Below are positions 50,726 to 64,000 of a stretch of 64,000 nt of DNA, piece by piece. This DNA is from the human T2T-CHM13v2.0 reference genome, Homo sapiens. The notes under the pieces were generated by a model. That model ran no database searches. It had not been told where the DNA came from and saw nothing but the letters and a program-made list of their open reading frames with translations. Made by a program: the position numbers and the translations under genes. The stretch lies in NCBI RefSeq assembly GCF_009914755.1, contig NC_060926.1. One strand, given 5' to 3'. Numbering within the stretch: the stretch's first letter is position 1; each line of letters starts with the position of its first letter.

Positions 50726-53551
50726 TTGTCTCCAGAGTTCTTTGCTTTACTAAAATTTGCATTGATTTAGCTTTTACTGAATTAACAATTAAATATTTTA
50801 CAATGTTCTCAACAAGTTATAGAAATACCTTTTTCTTGTTGCCTGCTACTTCACCTATTGAGATTTTCTTAATGATTCAGAGGTAATTGTAGTTAGCTTC
50901 TCCTAATTGTGTGTTTGGTGTTTGATATAAAAGAGAAAACTTAATGGATATAAATTTCTTCATCTGAGGGGAAAGAGGACCATACAGTGAAATGAGTATT
51001 TTATTTCTGTTATTTTCAAAAAGTCATAAAATGAAAACAAAGTTTTATTCATATTTATCTTCATAGGAAAGTATCATTGTATATGTTATAACAACCCTAC
51101 GAAAGCACAAAATTTTAAAATTATATTGAACTCGTTAATGGGAATTTAAAAATAGATAAAAAAGAGTGATATCTTATGTAAATTCTAACATAATACTTAC
51201 CAAAGGATTAATTTTAAATATTTGTGTATTGCAAAATTGATTATATAAACATCAGAGATTAGTTTCCTATATAATTAGTTTCATAAAGGACTAATATTGA
51301 CAACAAATTTATTACAAATGCTTATATAAATACATAACTGTGGATCATACATAATAATTCTATATAATATATGTATTTTTAAAATTCAGGCACATTTTTA
51401 TTTATCCAAAACATCTACGGTTACGATATACATTTGGCTTTAAAATAAACTTAAATATCAGGAGTGCAATAAAAAAAATCCTTTTGTATTTTACTTATGT
51501 AAACTAGGATTTATTTTAGAACAATTTAATGCTAACTTAGTAGGTATTATTGACTGACTAGATCTCTTTTATAATGGCTATTAATCATTAGGAGAATGAT
51601 TAATTTGAATGTGTCAGGGATGTTTCAAAACATCTGATAGGGATATATGTTTATATTCATATGTATATACATTTTTAATATACATATTTTTTCTTCTATC
51701 TTGTCAGCTTATATATATATGGCTATAAATGAATATAGTTATAGTGTATATATAACTATAAATGCATAATGAGTCTTATTTTATGTCTTAGTTTTTTAAT
51801 TTTCTTTTTCTACCATTAGTGTTGAAAACTAGTCTTTCTCCATAGACAGTATAAAAGCATTATAACATATAATATTACCATTAAACCAAGAAAACTTTGA
51901 AAGCAAATATTGTATTTGCATTTCAAATATTGCAAATATTGTAATATGCATTTTTAGCTTTCCCAGACCTAGGAGAGGGCCTGAAAAAATATATATATTT
52001 TTGACTAAATACTGACTACCTTAAACAAAATATTTCAACCATTGTGTTTATATTGAACATAATAGAAGTTAAATGCTTTTTATTTTGTTTTGGAAAGCAA
52101 CACATAAAATATAGAAAATTTAGAGCATATCTTCACATTCCAATATTTTAAAAAATATTTTACTTAGTCCTTTCCTACAAAAACTAAAACAAAGCCATAT
52201 TCTGTGCCCAAGTCAATCAATAGAAGTAAACACACCATTTTTTGCTTTATTTATGGAGAGCATTCAAAATTTTCATTTACATTTCAAATTGAAATATATC
52301 ATTTGGAAGTTTCATTTTATCAAATTTTTTATTAAATGAAGTTTCTTAAAATTGACATCATTTCATTATTCCTTAAAATGCAAAGTAAATAAAACTTTTG
52401 TGTAGTTCTAGCAAATGCAATTGTAAGAAAACACATTTCTATGTGCATTAGAGCAAGGACAGCTAATTAGCTGATTCTAAGATAACAAAGATTTTTTTCT
52501 AAGATTAAGAAAAATGTGGTAGTTACATGAAACTTCCACAGAATCTGGCTACAGATGTGATTATTAGAGAGTTGAATTGATGTCATTAAAATATTTTAAA
52601 ATATGGCACGTTTTAAAATTTAATTCAAGTGTACCTTCTACAAGAATAAAAATTTTAAGAGTCAACGTTGAATATTTTATCATAAATATTTTCAAAATTT
52701 TTTTAAAATTCAAAACAAACACATTACTATTTAATGCATATATTGTTTAAAGAATGTTGCATGATGGTCTACAGCACCTTAAGTTACATAGGTATGTTTA
52801 CTGAATTCAATTTTCTATTCATCTAAAAAGTATATGAATGACATGACTCAAGGTTAAAAATTGAGAAAAAAACTAAATTATTTCAATCAGCTTTTATTTT
52901 ATTAAATAAGTATGTATTGTAATATATTTATATTGCTTTTGCTGATAAAAGGAAAAGAATGTAATGTTCATATTATATATGAGACAAGTTAGTAATAAAC
53001 TGTACTATGACATTTGGCTTTAGCCTTTAAAATAAACTGGATATAAATAAACTTTATATTTGAAACCCCAAATTAATATGAATCTTTTCAGATTTAAAAG
53101 CTTTTTTTTATTTTCTCAGTAGTGCTGTTTCTATATAAAGAAATGCAATATTTTTACTTTAAAAAATAAGCCAAATATACTCCTAGTCTAATTGAAATCA
53201 AAAGCCCATTTGTTTTTATTATAGTTGATTAATATACTAACAAATAGATCTTTTGGGGGTTGTTATATATTGTAGATATGTTGCTAAGTGATTATAACAA
53301 TATGTAGATATGATATTAGGTATTTTATACCTAATATTTAAATTATACCTAAAGTTGAAGAAAACTTCATATATATTTTCCCAAAATACTTTATATATAC
53401 TATATGCATATATTTCCAACAGTGCTATATATGTATATTTACCACTATTGGAAAAATTTATGATGAACTGTTATCTGTGGAATTAAAACAGTAAGAAATA
53501 AAGCTCTAGTTGTTTGCAAGATATTCCATTCTCTAAATGAACACTATAAGG

Positions 53552-53732
53552 CAGCAGGTCTAAAATATGGCCATACCAGTGGATAACCTGCTAGAGTCAT
53601 CATGATTACTTGTTAAAATGAATACCCCTGGGCCTATGGTAGACACTGACTCATAATATCTTGGATTATTTAACATGCATTTTGAACATATTTTTTATTA
53701 AGCTTTACATCATTAAAATTTGAGAAAATATT
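53552..53732. mobile_element. MER5-type hAT-Charlie DNA transposon
   Basis: 'cttgttaaaatgaatacccctgggcc...actgactcataatatct...ttttaaca...aaaatttgagaa'. Confidence 0.55.
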
Positions 53733-53769
53733 AGAAAGCATATACCGTCTTACATTTTACTCAAGGTTA

Positions 53770-56700
53770 TTCTCTAACTGTGACTTAATGGCAAGTTTTA
53801 AAACTGTGTACAGTACTGCTATTTTAACAACTTATTTTGCAAGATTGTTTGGTCTCTTCTTATTTCATTGATTTCCACATACAATTTTGAATAAGCCTAT
53901 CTATGTTCATAAAAGTCTGCTATAATTTTGGCTGAAATTATATTAACTCTGTGGTTCAACTGGGCAACCAATGACACCTTAACTACGTTGAATCTTTCAG
54001 TCAATGAACATGTTGTGACTTTCCATGTATTAGGTCTTTTAACTGTGTATACTACGTCATGGCTAAACTTGCATATTAATTCTAATGGATGTATGTGCAT
54101 GTGTGTGTGTGTGTGTATTATTTGAAATGTTTTCTACATAGGCAATCGTATTTTCCCTGAAGTGAAATAATTTTATTTATTTCCAATATAAATGCCTTTT
54201 ATTTCATTTCATTTTATTACCCTAGCTATTACTTCCAATATAATGTTGAATATGAGTGGTGATAAAAGACATCCTTGCCTTGTTCTTGACAGTATAGGAA
54301 TAACACATTCTGTCTTTTAAGTATAATAGTAGCTGTAGTTTTTAGAGACATTTTTAATAAGTTCAAAGAAGTTGCTAAACTATTTAGTAGTTTTCTAAAA
54401 TATTAATCATAACAATGCTAAATTTTGTCATTTGCTTTTTCTGCATCAGTGGAGATGATCATGTGCTTTTCTACTGTTATTTTATCTGATATGTGGTGAA
54501 TTTTGTCTTGAAATATGAAAAAGCCATGTACTTCTGGGAAGAAAAACACTTAGCTTTTATGTATTTTTCTTTTTGTACATTGCCAGATTCAATTTTCTAA
54601 TATTTTTGTTTATATTTTTCAGCCTACATTAATGAGATGACAAGTCATACTTTTTCTTTTGTAATACCCTCATCTGGTTTGGTATCAGTGTTATAGTGGC
54701 CTCACTGAATTAACTGATAAATGTGCTACTTTTATTTTCTGAGAGAGAAAGTGAAGAACTGTTGTCATTTGTTTTTCAAATGTTTGTTGGAATTCACTGT
54801 TGAAATCATTTGGGCCTTTAGTTTTCTGTTAGGAAAGTATAAAATTACAAACTCAATCACTATATTAGTCTGTTCAAAGTCTCCTATAAAGACACACCTG
54901 AGACTGGGTAATTTATGGATAAAAGAGATTTAATTGACTCAGTTCTACAGGAAGTACATAAAGCATGGCTAGGGAGGCCTCAGTAAACTTACAGTCATGG
55001 CAGAATGCAAAGGGGTAGCAGGCTCAAACTTCACATGGTGGAGGAGGAGAGAGAGCAAAGGGGAAAATACTACATGCTTTCAAACAACCAGATCTTATGA
55101 GAACTCACTCATTATCATGAGAACAGCAAGGGGGAAAATCTGCCTCTATGATCCAATCACCTCCCACTAGGTCCCTCCCCCAAAATTGGGAGTTATAATT
55201 CAACATGAGATTTGGGCAGGGATACAGAGCCAAACAATGTTATTCAGCCCCTGGCCCCTCCCAAATCTCACATCCTTCTCACATCTCAAAACACAATTAT
55301 GCCTTCCCAACAGTCCCCCAAAGTCTTAACTCATTCCAGTATTAACTCAAAAGTTCAAGTTCGAAGTTTTATCTGAGAGAAGGCAAGTTCCTTCTGCCCT
55401 TTCCCTTTGGTAACATCAAAAACAAGTTAGTTACTTTCAATATACAATGGGGGTACAGGCATTGGGTAAATGCCCCTGTTTCAAAAAGAAGAAATTGGCC
55501 AAAACAAAGGTGCTACAAACCCCATACATGTCTGAAATCCAGAAAGGCCATCATTAAATCTTAAAACTCCAAAATAACGTACTTTAACTGCATGTCTCAT
55601 ATCTAGGACACACTGATGCAAGGGGTGGCCTCCCAAGGCCTTGTGCAGCTCTGTCCCTGTGGTTCTGCAGAGTACATCCCCTGCAGCTGCTTTCACAGGC
55701 TGGTGTAGAGTGCCTGCAGCTATTCCAGGTGCATGGTGCAAGCTTTCAGTGGATCTACAATTCTGGGGCCTAGAGGATGGTGGACCTCCTCTCACAGCTC
55801 CATTAGGCAGTGCCCCAGTGGAGACTCCGTATGGGGGATCCAACCCCACATTTTCCTTCTGAATTGCCCTAGTAGAGATTCTCCATGAGGACTTCACTCC
55901 TGCCACAGACTTCTGTCTGGACATTCAGGTGTTTCTATACCTCCTTTGAAATCTAGATGGAGGCTTCCAAACCTCAACTCTGGCTTTCTCTGCACCTGCA
56001 GGCCCAACACCACATGGAAGTCACCAAGGTTTGGGGCTCGTACCCTCTGAAGCAATGGCCTGAACTTTACCTTGGCCGCTTTTAGCCATGGCTGGAGCTG
56101 GAGCAGCTGGGATCCAGAGTACCATGTCCCAATTCTGCACAGAGCAGCAGGACTCTGGGCCTGGCTCAGGAAACCATTTTTTCCTCCTAGGCCTCCAGGT
56201 CTGTGATGAGAGGGGCTTCCTTGAAGGTATCTCAAATGTCCCAGAGGCATTTTCCCCATTTTCTTGCCTATTAACATTTGGCTCTTCTTTACTTATGCAA
56301 ATTTCAAGAAACAGGTTTTTCTTTAATATCACATGGTTGGGCTGCAAATTTTCCAAACTTTTATGCTCTGCTTCCCTTTTAAGTACAAGTCCTAGTTTCA
56401 TGTCATTTGTTTATGCAAATGAGGATAGGCTTTTAGAAGCAGCCAGGCCACATCTTGAATGCTTTGCTCCTTAGACATTTAGCTGCCAGATAGCTTAAAT
56501 CATCTCTCTCAAGTTCAAAGTTCCACAGATTCCTAGGATAGGGGCATAATGCTGCCAGTCTGTTTGCTAAAGCATAGCAAGGGTGACCCTTAATCAAGTT
56601 CCGAATAAGTTCCTCATCTCCATCTGAGACCACTCAAACCTGGACTTTATTGTCCATATTGCTACCCGCATTTTTGTCAAAACCATTCAACAAGGCTCTA

Positions 56701-58570
56701 GGAAGTTCCAAATTTTCCCTCATCTTCTGTCTTCTTCTGAGCCCTCCAAACTGTTCCAACCTCTGCCAATTACCCAGTTTCAGAGTTGGTTCCACATTTT
56801 CAGATTCTCATTATAGTAGTGCCCCACTCTTTGTGCCAATTTTCTGTATTTGTTCATTTCCATACTGCTATAAAGACACACCTGAGACTGGATAATTTAT
56901 AAACAGAAGAGGTTTAATTGACTCACAGTTTTGCATGGTGTGCCGGAGGCATGGCTAGGGAGACCTCAGGAAACTTACAATCAAGGTGAAAGGCAAAGGG
57001 GAAGCAGACATAATCTTCACATGTTGGAGTAGAAGAGAAAGAGAGAGAATGGGGACATGTTACACATTTTTAAACAACCAGATTTTATGAGAACTCATTT
57101 ATTATCACAAGAAGAGCAATAAGGAAATCCAACCCTATGATCCAATTACCTCATACCAGGTCCCTCCCTCAACATTGGGAATTACAATTCAACATGAGAT
57201 TTGGGTGGGGACACAGAGTCAAAATTTATCAGTCACTATTAATAGATATATGACCATTCATATTATTAAGTTATTGAGTAATATACTGAGTAATTTTTGG
57301 TGGTTTCTGTCTTTCCAGAAATAAGCAAATTACATCTACATTGTCAAAATTAAGAACATAGAACTGTTTATCTTATTATCTTATTATTCTTTTAATATCA
57401 ATGGTATCATTAGTGATATGCCCTCTTTCACTCTTTTTAAAATTTACTCTTTCTTTTAGGTTAAACCCTCTTCTTACCTTGATTTAAAACATTTGTGACA
57501 TTTTATTCTTGGTCATCCTAGATCTATTAGTTTTTATAGCCTATATTTTAAATCTCTGTTGGTACATACATATAGCAATGATAGTAATCTCTCTTTTCGG
57601 AGAACTGACGCTTTTATTATCATGTAATGTTCTACATTCTTGGAATATTCTTTGTTCTAATATCTGCTTTATCTGAAATTAGTATAACTAAACCAGCTTA
57701 TGATTAGTGTATATTTTTCTCCATATAATTCATTTTTACCCATTTATGTATTTTTATTTAACGTTTCTTGTATACAACTGATAGTTGTGTCTTACTTTTT
57801 AATTTTTATTATTTTATTTGATCACCTCTGGCTTTTAACTTGTGTATGTAAATGATTCACATTCAAATGATTATTGAATTAAAATCTATTATCTCACTAT
57901 TCTATTCATGTTATTTCTTTTTAATGTTTGGCCGCTTTATGCATTTTTCTTAATTCTATTCATGTTCTCCATTAATCATATGGAATTATAATATACAGTC
58001 TAAATACTGTGAGTCTAATTCCAAATAATATTTTATCATTTCATGTATGGTATAAGAACCTTATAATGGATTATCTCCAATTAATCTCATTTCTGTGCTG
58101 TTGTCAAAATTTCTCATTTGAATGTTGTGTAAATACATAATACATTGTTGAATATTAAAATAACATGGTTATTCTCAATTTATTATGTATTATAGGACAT
58201 GGAAATGAGAAATTTTGGAGGGGCTAGAGGACTTAAAATTAGAAAAAAAAACACACTTTACCTTCTTTAATTCAATTTCCAATGCACCTCATTTTTTTCA
58301 TATAGATTTATATTCCTTACTATATCATATTCGTTCTGCCTGAAAATTCTTCTTCAATCTTTCCTGCAGTTTAGGACTGCTGGCAATGGATTCCTTCAGG
58401 CTTTATTTGTCCATCCTTCAACAAGTATATTATTGTTTGGTATAGAATTTGGTGTTGTCTTCATTTTTTTTCCAGCACAATAGAAATGTCACTTCATTGT
58501 CTTCTTCCTTGCATGACTTCTAATGAGAAGACTTTTGTAATTTGTATGCCTTTTTCACTCATGTAATGAA
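53770..58570 (-). mobile_element. Old L1M ORF2/ORF1 fragments, interrupted by the MSTA provirus
   Basis: 'ttgaatatgagtggtgataaaagacatccttgccttgttcttgac', 'tctggtttggtatcagtg'; resumes after 57236 ('ttttattatcatgtaatgt', 'gactgctggcaatggattcc'). Confidence 0.8.
54861..57231 (-). mobile_element. Complete MaLR provirus, MSTA-type: 3' LTR 54861-55242, internal 55243-56844, 5' LTR 56845-57231
   Basis: Two homologous LTRs, about 1.6-kb MST/THE1 internal sequence, polypurine tract next to the left LTR (ttcagcccctggcccctccc on +), TSD atcac/gtcac. Confidence 0.92.
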
Positions 58571-58574
58571 TATT

Positions 58575-58575
<1 letters not shown>

Positions 58576-58615
<40 letters not shown>
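58576..58615 (+). repeat. (GT)20 perfect microsatellite
   Basis: Read directly. Confidence 0.97.
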
Positions 58616-58617
<2 letters not shown>

Positions 58618-60819
58618 ACAACATATATGTATACATTAAAAATTATCAAATTTTATACTGGACTAGGTGCAAGTTACTTATATCAGTTATAACCTAACAA
58701 AGCTATTAAATATCATCTACTGAGAAAAAAGTAGAATTTACTTAAAGTGTTATGTTCTGCATTTACTTTTATGTACTATACTTATGCATCTATTTCTTCA
58801 GTAGAAATATAAGGAGATATGTATTAGTGAACTGTAGATTTTATTAAAAGGTGAAACAATAATCCCAAATAACATAGTCAACTTAGAGAGATTTTTGAGT
58901 CACCTAGAATCAAGTTTCAGATGTCAGAGATAATTATTAATTTTAGATGAGAAACAGAAAATACTAATCAAATTCTGCCAAAATACTATATGTAAAATTA
59001 GAAATGCACGCTACTTTAAATTTAAAAAAAAATCAGTGTTTTTCATTTAAAATTAGTATGTAATTTTGTGACTACATCATATATAATTAGATGTAAAATA
59101 TGGCTTCAAATTAGGATAATCTAGGAGATTTAAAAATATGTTTATACCAGACAAATCCTATTTCAGACAAAAATCAATCATAATATCAGGAATGAAACAG
59201 GCATTTTGAATTCCCTCCATGGGATTAACAAAAATGTGCAATCAATACTGAGAGGCAGTGATGAATGTTAGCTTGGCATAGTCATCTTCATTTCTGAATA
59301 TACTTGTGAACCACAGTCCTGTTGCTTATGTCACTTAGATTAAAAACTTGTTAACTTTAGGAGGCAATAGAATTGCCCTTAAATATGCATAATAATATAG
59401 CATGCACAAGAGTTTTGATTATTTGAGTCAAACACCTTGTCAGCCTTTGTCTTGAGGGCTCAATCAAAATTAGTTCATATCCCTGATTAAGTAAAGCTTA
59501 TGTATTCTTATGACAAAGAAATATTCTAACTGTAGAATTTCTTATTAATACAGATTTACATTTATTCAAAAACACATTCGAACTGCTTGTTGCCAAATAA
59601 TAAATGGTATAATCACTTCCAAATTAACTCAGTGTTGTAATTATGTTTTTTCAGTGTTTAAAAATTAAGTAAAATTAATCACATTGCCAGTGGAACTGTT
59701 TCTCACAGACATTTCATCTTTAGCTTAATAAAAGAGTTTTAATTACATTTATAATATGGAGTTGGTTTATTTTGACATATACAAACTATGATTTTCATGT
59801 AATCATTGAGATAATCCTCTAACTCTGAGTTACTACTTATAAAACATGTAACATCTGTCTAGAATCTCTACATAGTAATACATCAATATAAAGTGTTCTG
59901 CAGCCTAAGTTTGGAAGTCTCACATCTCACTGTCCTTCTCAGCGTATGTTGCATGTATGTTTTATGAGTAAAATCATTATCATCTCTTCAAAGTTACCTT
60001 CAATGTCATGGAGATCTCGTCATAGTCAATCTCTCATAAAAACTTTTCAAATTGATCAATATAAGAAAAGCATTTTATTCTCTTCCAGTTTTTCAAGCAA
60101 GTTTTAAAGTGCTATTACTGGATCAGATTATGAGAGATGCACAGTAACTTACACAGTTAACAAAAATAAACAAATAAATAATGTATCAGTATATAAAAAT
60201 TCATAACATTTCTGAGTTTGAGAAACCTGGCATAAGATACATATAGGTTTGCAAAGATAAAAGATGATTTCGTAATTTTCATATTGAAAGTATTTTAAGA
60301 TATAAAAATAATACAAAATCCTTAAGAAAACAGTAGAAATGTTACAAGATCTTTTAACACTTTTGTATTATGGCCCTAATAAAGAATAATGGCCCAAAAT
60401 AATACAAACATTGAAAAACAAGCCAATTAAAATTACAAAAAAAAAAGAAAAACTGTTTCTTACTTGATAAAATAAAGGAAGGTGTAATAAAAATTAAGAG
60501 AAATAAAGAATTTAAAGATAAATGGTGGAATTTATTGTGCTTAAGTTAAAGAAAGTGGTCATGACAAAGGATATTTTTGTTTCTTTGCAAGTTTCAAAGT
60601 AATATTATTTTGATAATAGTTGGTTATTTTAATTGATAATAATAATGCATGAACTTTTTCACAGTAAGTTCAAACTACATTACTAAGTTTTACATTTCCA
60701 CAAATCAAATTTAGCTTTGAACTCATAGCCTATATAAGGTATAGCTACTTTCAGAGGAAAGTGAAAAATACAATGTCTGCCAACATGAAAAGGAACACTA
60801 CAAACATGCACCAAACTGT

Positions 60820-63760
60820 AAAGGTAAACAATAAAAGATGAAGATAAAAACAAAGAATACACAATACAGTCAGAAAACAGTTAACAAAACGACAGAAGTA
60901 AGTTCTTAGCTATTAATAATAACCCTAAAAATAAATAATTTAAATTCCCCAATTAAAAGATATAAACTGGCTGAATGGGGGTAAAAAAGGGGATCCAACT
61001 ATATACTGCTTATGAGAAACTCATGTTACCTATAAAGACACACATAGAATAAAGGTAAAAGGATAGAAGAAATATCCTACAGAAAACAAAAATGTGATAT
61101 GAGCTATACATGTGTCAGACAAAACAGACTTTAGGTTAAAAACATAAAAAGTGACAAAAAACATTATTATATAATGACAAAGGGAACAATTAAGCAAGAG
61201 GATATAACAAATGTGTATGTGCTCACAACCCCAAAGCACTCAGATATTATACAAAGCAAATATTGTTACAGCCAAGGTGAGAGATAAACCCCAATGCAAT
61301 AATAGTTGGAGACTTCACCCCACTTTTAGCATTGGACAGATAATCTAGATAGAAAATGAACAAACATCAGGCTTAATCTGTATTATGGACCACAAGAACG
61401 TCACAGACATTTACAGAACATTTTATACAATAGCTGAAGGATACAATACACCTTCTTCCCATCAGCTCATGGAGCTTTCTCCAGGATAGACCATACATTG
61501 GGTTGCAAAAGAAGTCTCAACAAATTTTTAAAACTTGAATCATATCAAGTATCTTCTTCATCTGAGAAAGAAATAAAAAGCCTACAACTTAGCATTCTCT
61601 CTTTCTAGATAACATGATATTATAAATATATAATATATATTAAAAAAAAACCCTAAGTTCTCCACCAAAAAAACTGCTAGAACTGAAGAATGAATTCAGT
61701 AAAGTTCCAGGATACAAAATTGATATGGTTTGGCTATTTCCCCACCCATATCTCATCTTGAATTTCCATTTGTAGTGGGAGGAACCTGGTGGGATGTGAT
61801 TGACTCACAGGGGTGGGTCTTTCCCATGCTGTTCTCATGATAGTAGGTCTCATGAGATAGGATGGTTATATAAAAACAGGAGTTTCTCTGCACAAGCTCT
61901 CTTCTCTTGTCTGACACCATGGGAGATGTGCCTTTCACTTTCCATCATGTTTTGGAGGCTTCCCCAGCCACGTGGAACTGTAAGTCCCCTTTCTTTTATA
62001 AATTGCCAAGTCTTGGGTACATCTTTATCAGCAGCATGAAAATGGACTAATACAAAAATCAGTAGCATTTCTATACACTAATAACAAATTAGCTGATAAA
62101 ATGAGTTAAGAAAGTAATCCCATTTAAGATAGCTACAAAATAAATGTCTAGGAATAAATTTAAACAAGGAGGTGAAAGACTGCTACAACAAAAACTATAA
62201 AACACAAATGAAAGAAACTGAAGAGGGCACAAACAAATGGAAAAACATCCTATGCTCATGGATCAGAAGAATTATTGTTGAAATAACTATACTTTCTAAA
62301 GCAATCTACAGATTCATTATAATCTCTATCAAAATACCAAAGGCATTTTTCACAGAAATAGAAATAATAATCTTAAAATTTGTATGGAAGTACAAAAGAC
62401 CCCGAGTAGCCAAAACAATAATGACCAAACAGAACAAAGCTGGAGACATCACACTACCTGGATTCAAAATATGCTACAAAGTGACAGTATCCAAAACAGC
62501 ATAGTAATTGTATAAAAATAGACACAAATACCAATAGAACAGAATAGATAACCTAGAAATAAGTCTACATATTTACAGCCAACTGATTTTTTACCAAGGC
62601 ACCAAAAACATGCAATGGAGAAATGATACTGTCTTCAATAAATGTTGCTGGGAAAGCTGGATGTCCATCTTCAGAAGAGTTAAACTAAAATATTATTTCT
62701 CACCATATACAAAAAGGACTCAAAATTGATTAAAGACTTAAACCTAAAACTCCAAACTATGAAACTATTAATAGAAAACATTCTTCAGCACATTGGTCTA
62801 GACAATGATTTTATGGCTATGACATCAAAACCAAGGCAACAAAAATGAAAATAGAAAAATGTGACTATATTAAACAAAACAGTTTCTGCACAGCAAAGGA
62901 AACAGTAAACAAAGTCAAGGGATAACTTGTAGAGTGGGAGAATATATTTGCAAACTATTCATCTAACAAGGGACTAATATCCAGAATACACAAAAGCTCA
63001 ACTCAACAGCCAGAATACAAATATTTGTATTAAAAAGTTGGAAAGGGACATGAATAAACATTTATAAAAAGAAGACGTGTAAATAGCCAACAAATACATT
63101 TTAAAATGCTCAATATTGCTAATCATCAGGGAAATACAAATACAACCATAATAGGATATCACATCACCCTAATTAAGATGATATATGAAAAAGACCAAAA
63201 ATAACAAATGTTGGTAAGAATGCAGAGAAAGGGGACTCGTATACTATTGACAGAAATGTAAATTAGCATAAACATTATGAAAAACACTATGGATTTTCCT
63301 CAAAATACTTAAATTGGAACTACTACCACACAATCCACCAAATCTCTACTTGCTATTTATCCAAATGAAAGAAAATGAGTATATTGAAAGGATATCTGTA
63401 CCTTCATGTTTATTGCAGTATTACCCACAGTAGCTAAAATATTAAATAAATCTCAGTTTCCACTAATGGATGAATGGATTAAGAAAAATGTGTTATTATA
63501 TTTATACCTAACAAAATACTACTAAACTATAAAAAAGAATGCAATCTTGTCATTTTTAGCAACACGAAAGGTAGTGGAGATAATTATGTTACATGAAGTA
63601 AGCCAGGCACAAAAAGACAAATAGCGTATGTACTCACTCATATATTGGACCTAAAAAAGTTGATGTCATGGAGATAGATACTAGAATAATGTTTACCAGA
63701 GGCTAGGCAGAGTGAAGTGGGGTGAGATGAAAAGATGTTGGTTAATGAGTACAAATATGT
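60820..63760 (+). mobile_element. L1MA (L1MA4-6-like) ORF2 plus 3' UTR, with internal deletion near 61560-61600
   Basis: Endonuclease region 60880-61560; track ORF 62172-62504 is L1 ORF2 ([34 protein letters not shown]); L1MA-type 3' UTR. Confidence 0.9.
61721..62054 (+). mobile_element. THE1A/B-like MaLR solo LTR
   Basis: tgatatggtttggct...gcatgaaaatggactaataca; perfect TSD aaaat at 61716-61720 and 62055-62059. Confidence 0.93.
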
Positions 63761-64000
63761 TATATTAGTCTGTTCTCACACTGCTAATAAAGACATAACT
63801 GACACTGGGTAATTTATAAAGTAAAAGAGTTTCAGTGGAGTCAGTTTCACATGGCTGGGGAGGCCTCAGAGTCATGGCAGAATGCTAAGTGGGGGCAAAG
63901 TCACTTCTTGCTGAACTCTTGCTGACAAGAGAGAGCATGCGCAGGTGAACTCCCCTTTATAAAACCATCAGATCTTGTGAGACTTATTCACTATCATTAA
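63761..64000 (-). mobile_element. THE1B/C-like MaLR LTR, cut by the window end
   Basis: 'tattagtctgttctcacactgctaataaagacata...ggctggggaggcctca...aaaaccatcagatcttgtgagacttattcactatca'. Confidence 0.9.

Noticed and set aside
51430-53040. Shared acatttggcttta...aaaataaact at about 51430 and 53010
   Set aside because: The match does not extend beyond about 25 nt and is plausible by chance in AT-rich DNA
62172-62504. 110-aa ORF with clear protein-like sequence
   Set aside because: Fragment of a dead L1 ORF2; neighbouring sequence has stops, a deletion and a THE1 insertion

Overview
Primate (human-like) non-coding genomic DNA: very AT-rich, CpG-depleted, with no protein-coding gene, RNA gene or CpG island that I can support. 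Roughly half of the window is transposon relics: at least six large degraded L1 elements, four Alus (one near-consensus AluY), MaLR and ERV LTRs, a complete LTR-int-LTR MSTA-type provirus, DNA transposons, and MIR/L2 fragments. ORFs in the track are either remnants of L1, MaLR or Alu sequence or chance ORFs. The most unusual structure is a 176-bp inverted duplication (33005-33180 copied to 33806-33981, about 92% identical) that captured the start of a THE1D LTR and landed inside a MER34 LTR. There are also several small template-switch scars and a few candidate non-coding exons. I found no evidence of a new multi-gene biological system. Repeat subfamily names come from recalled consensus sequences, not from a database search.
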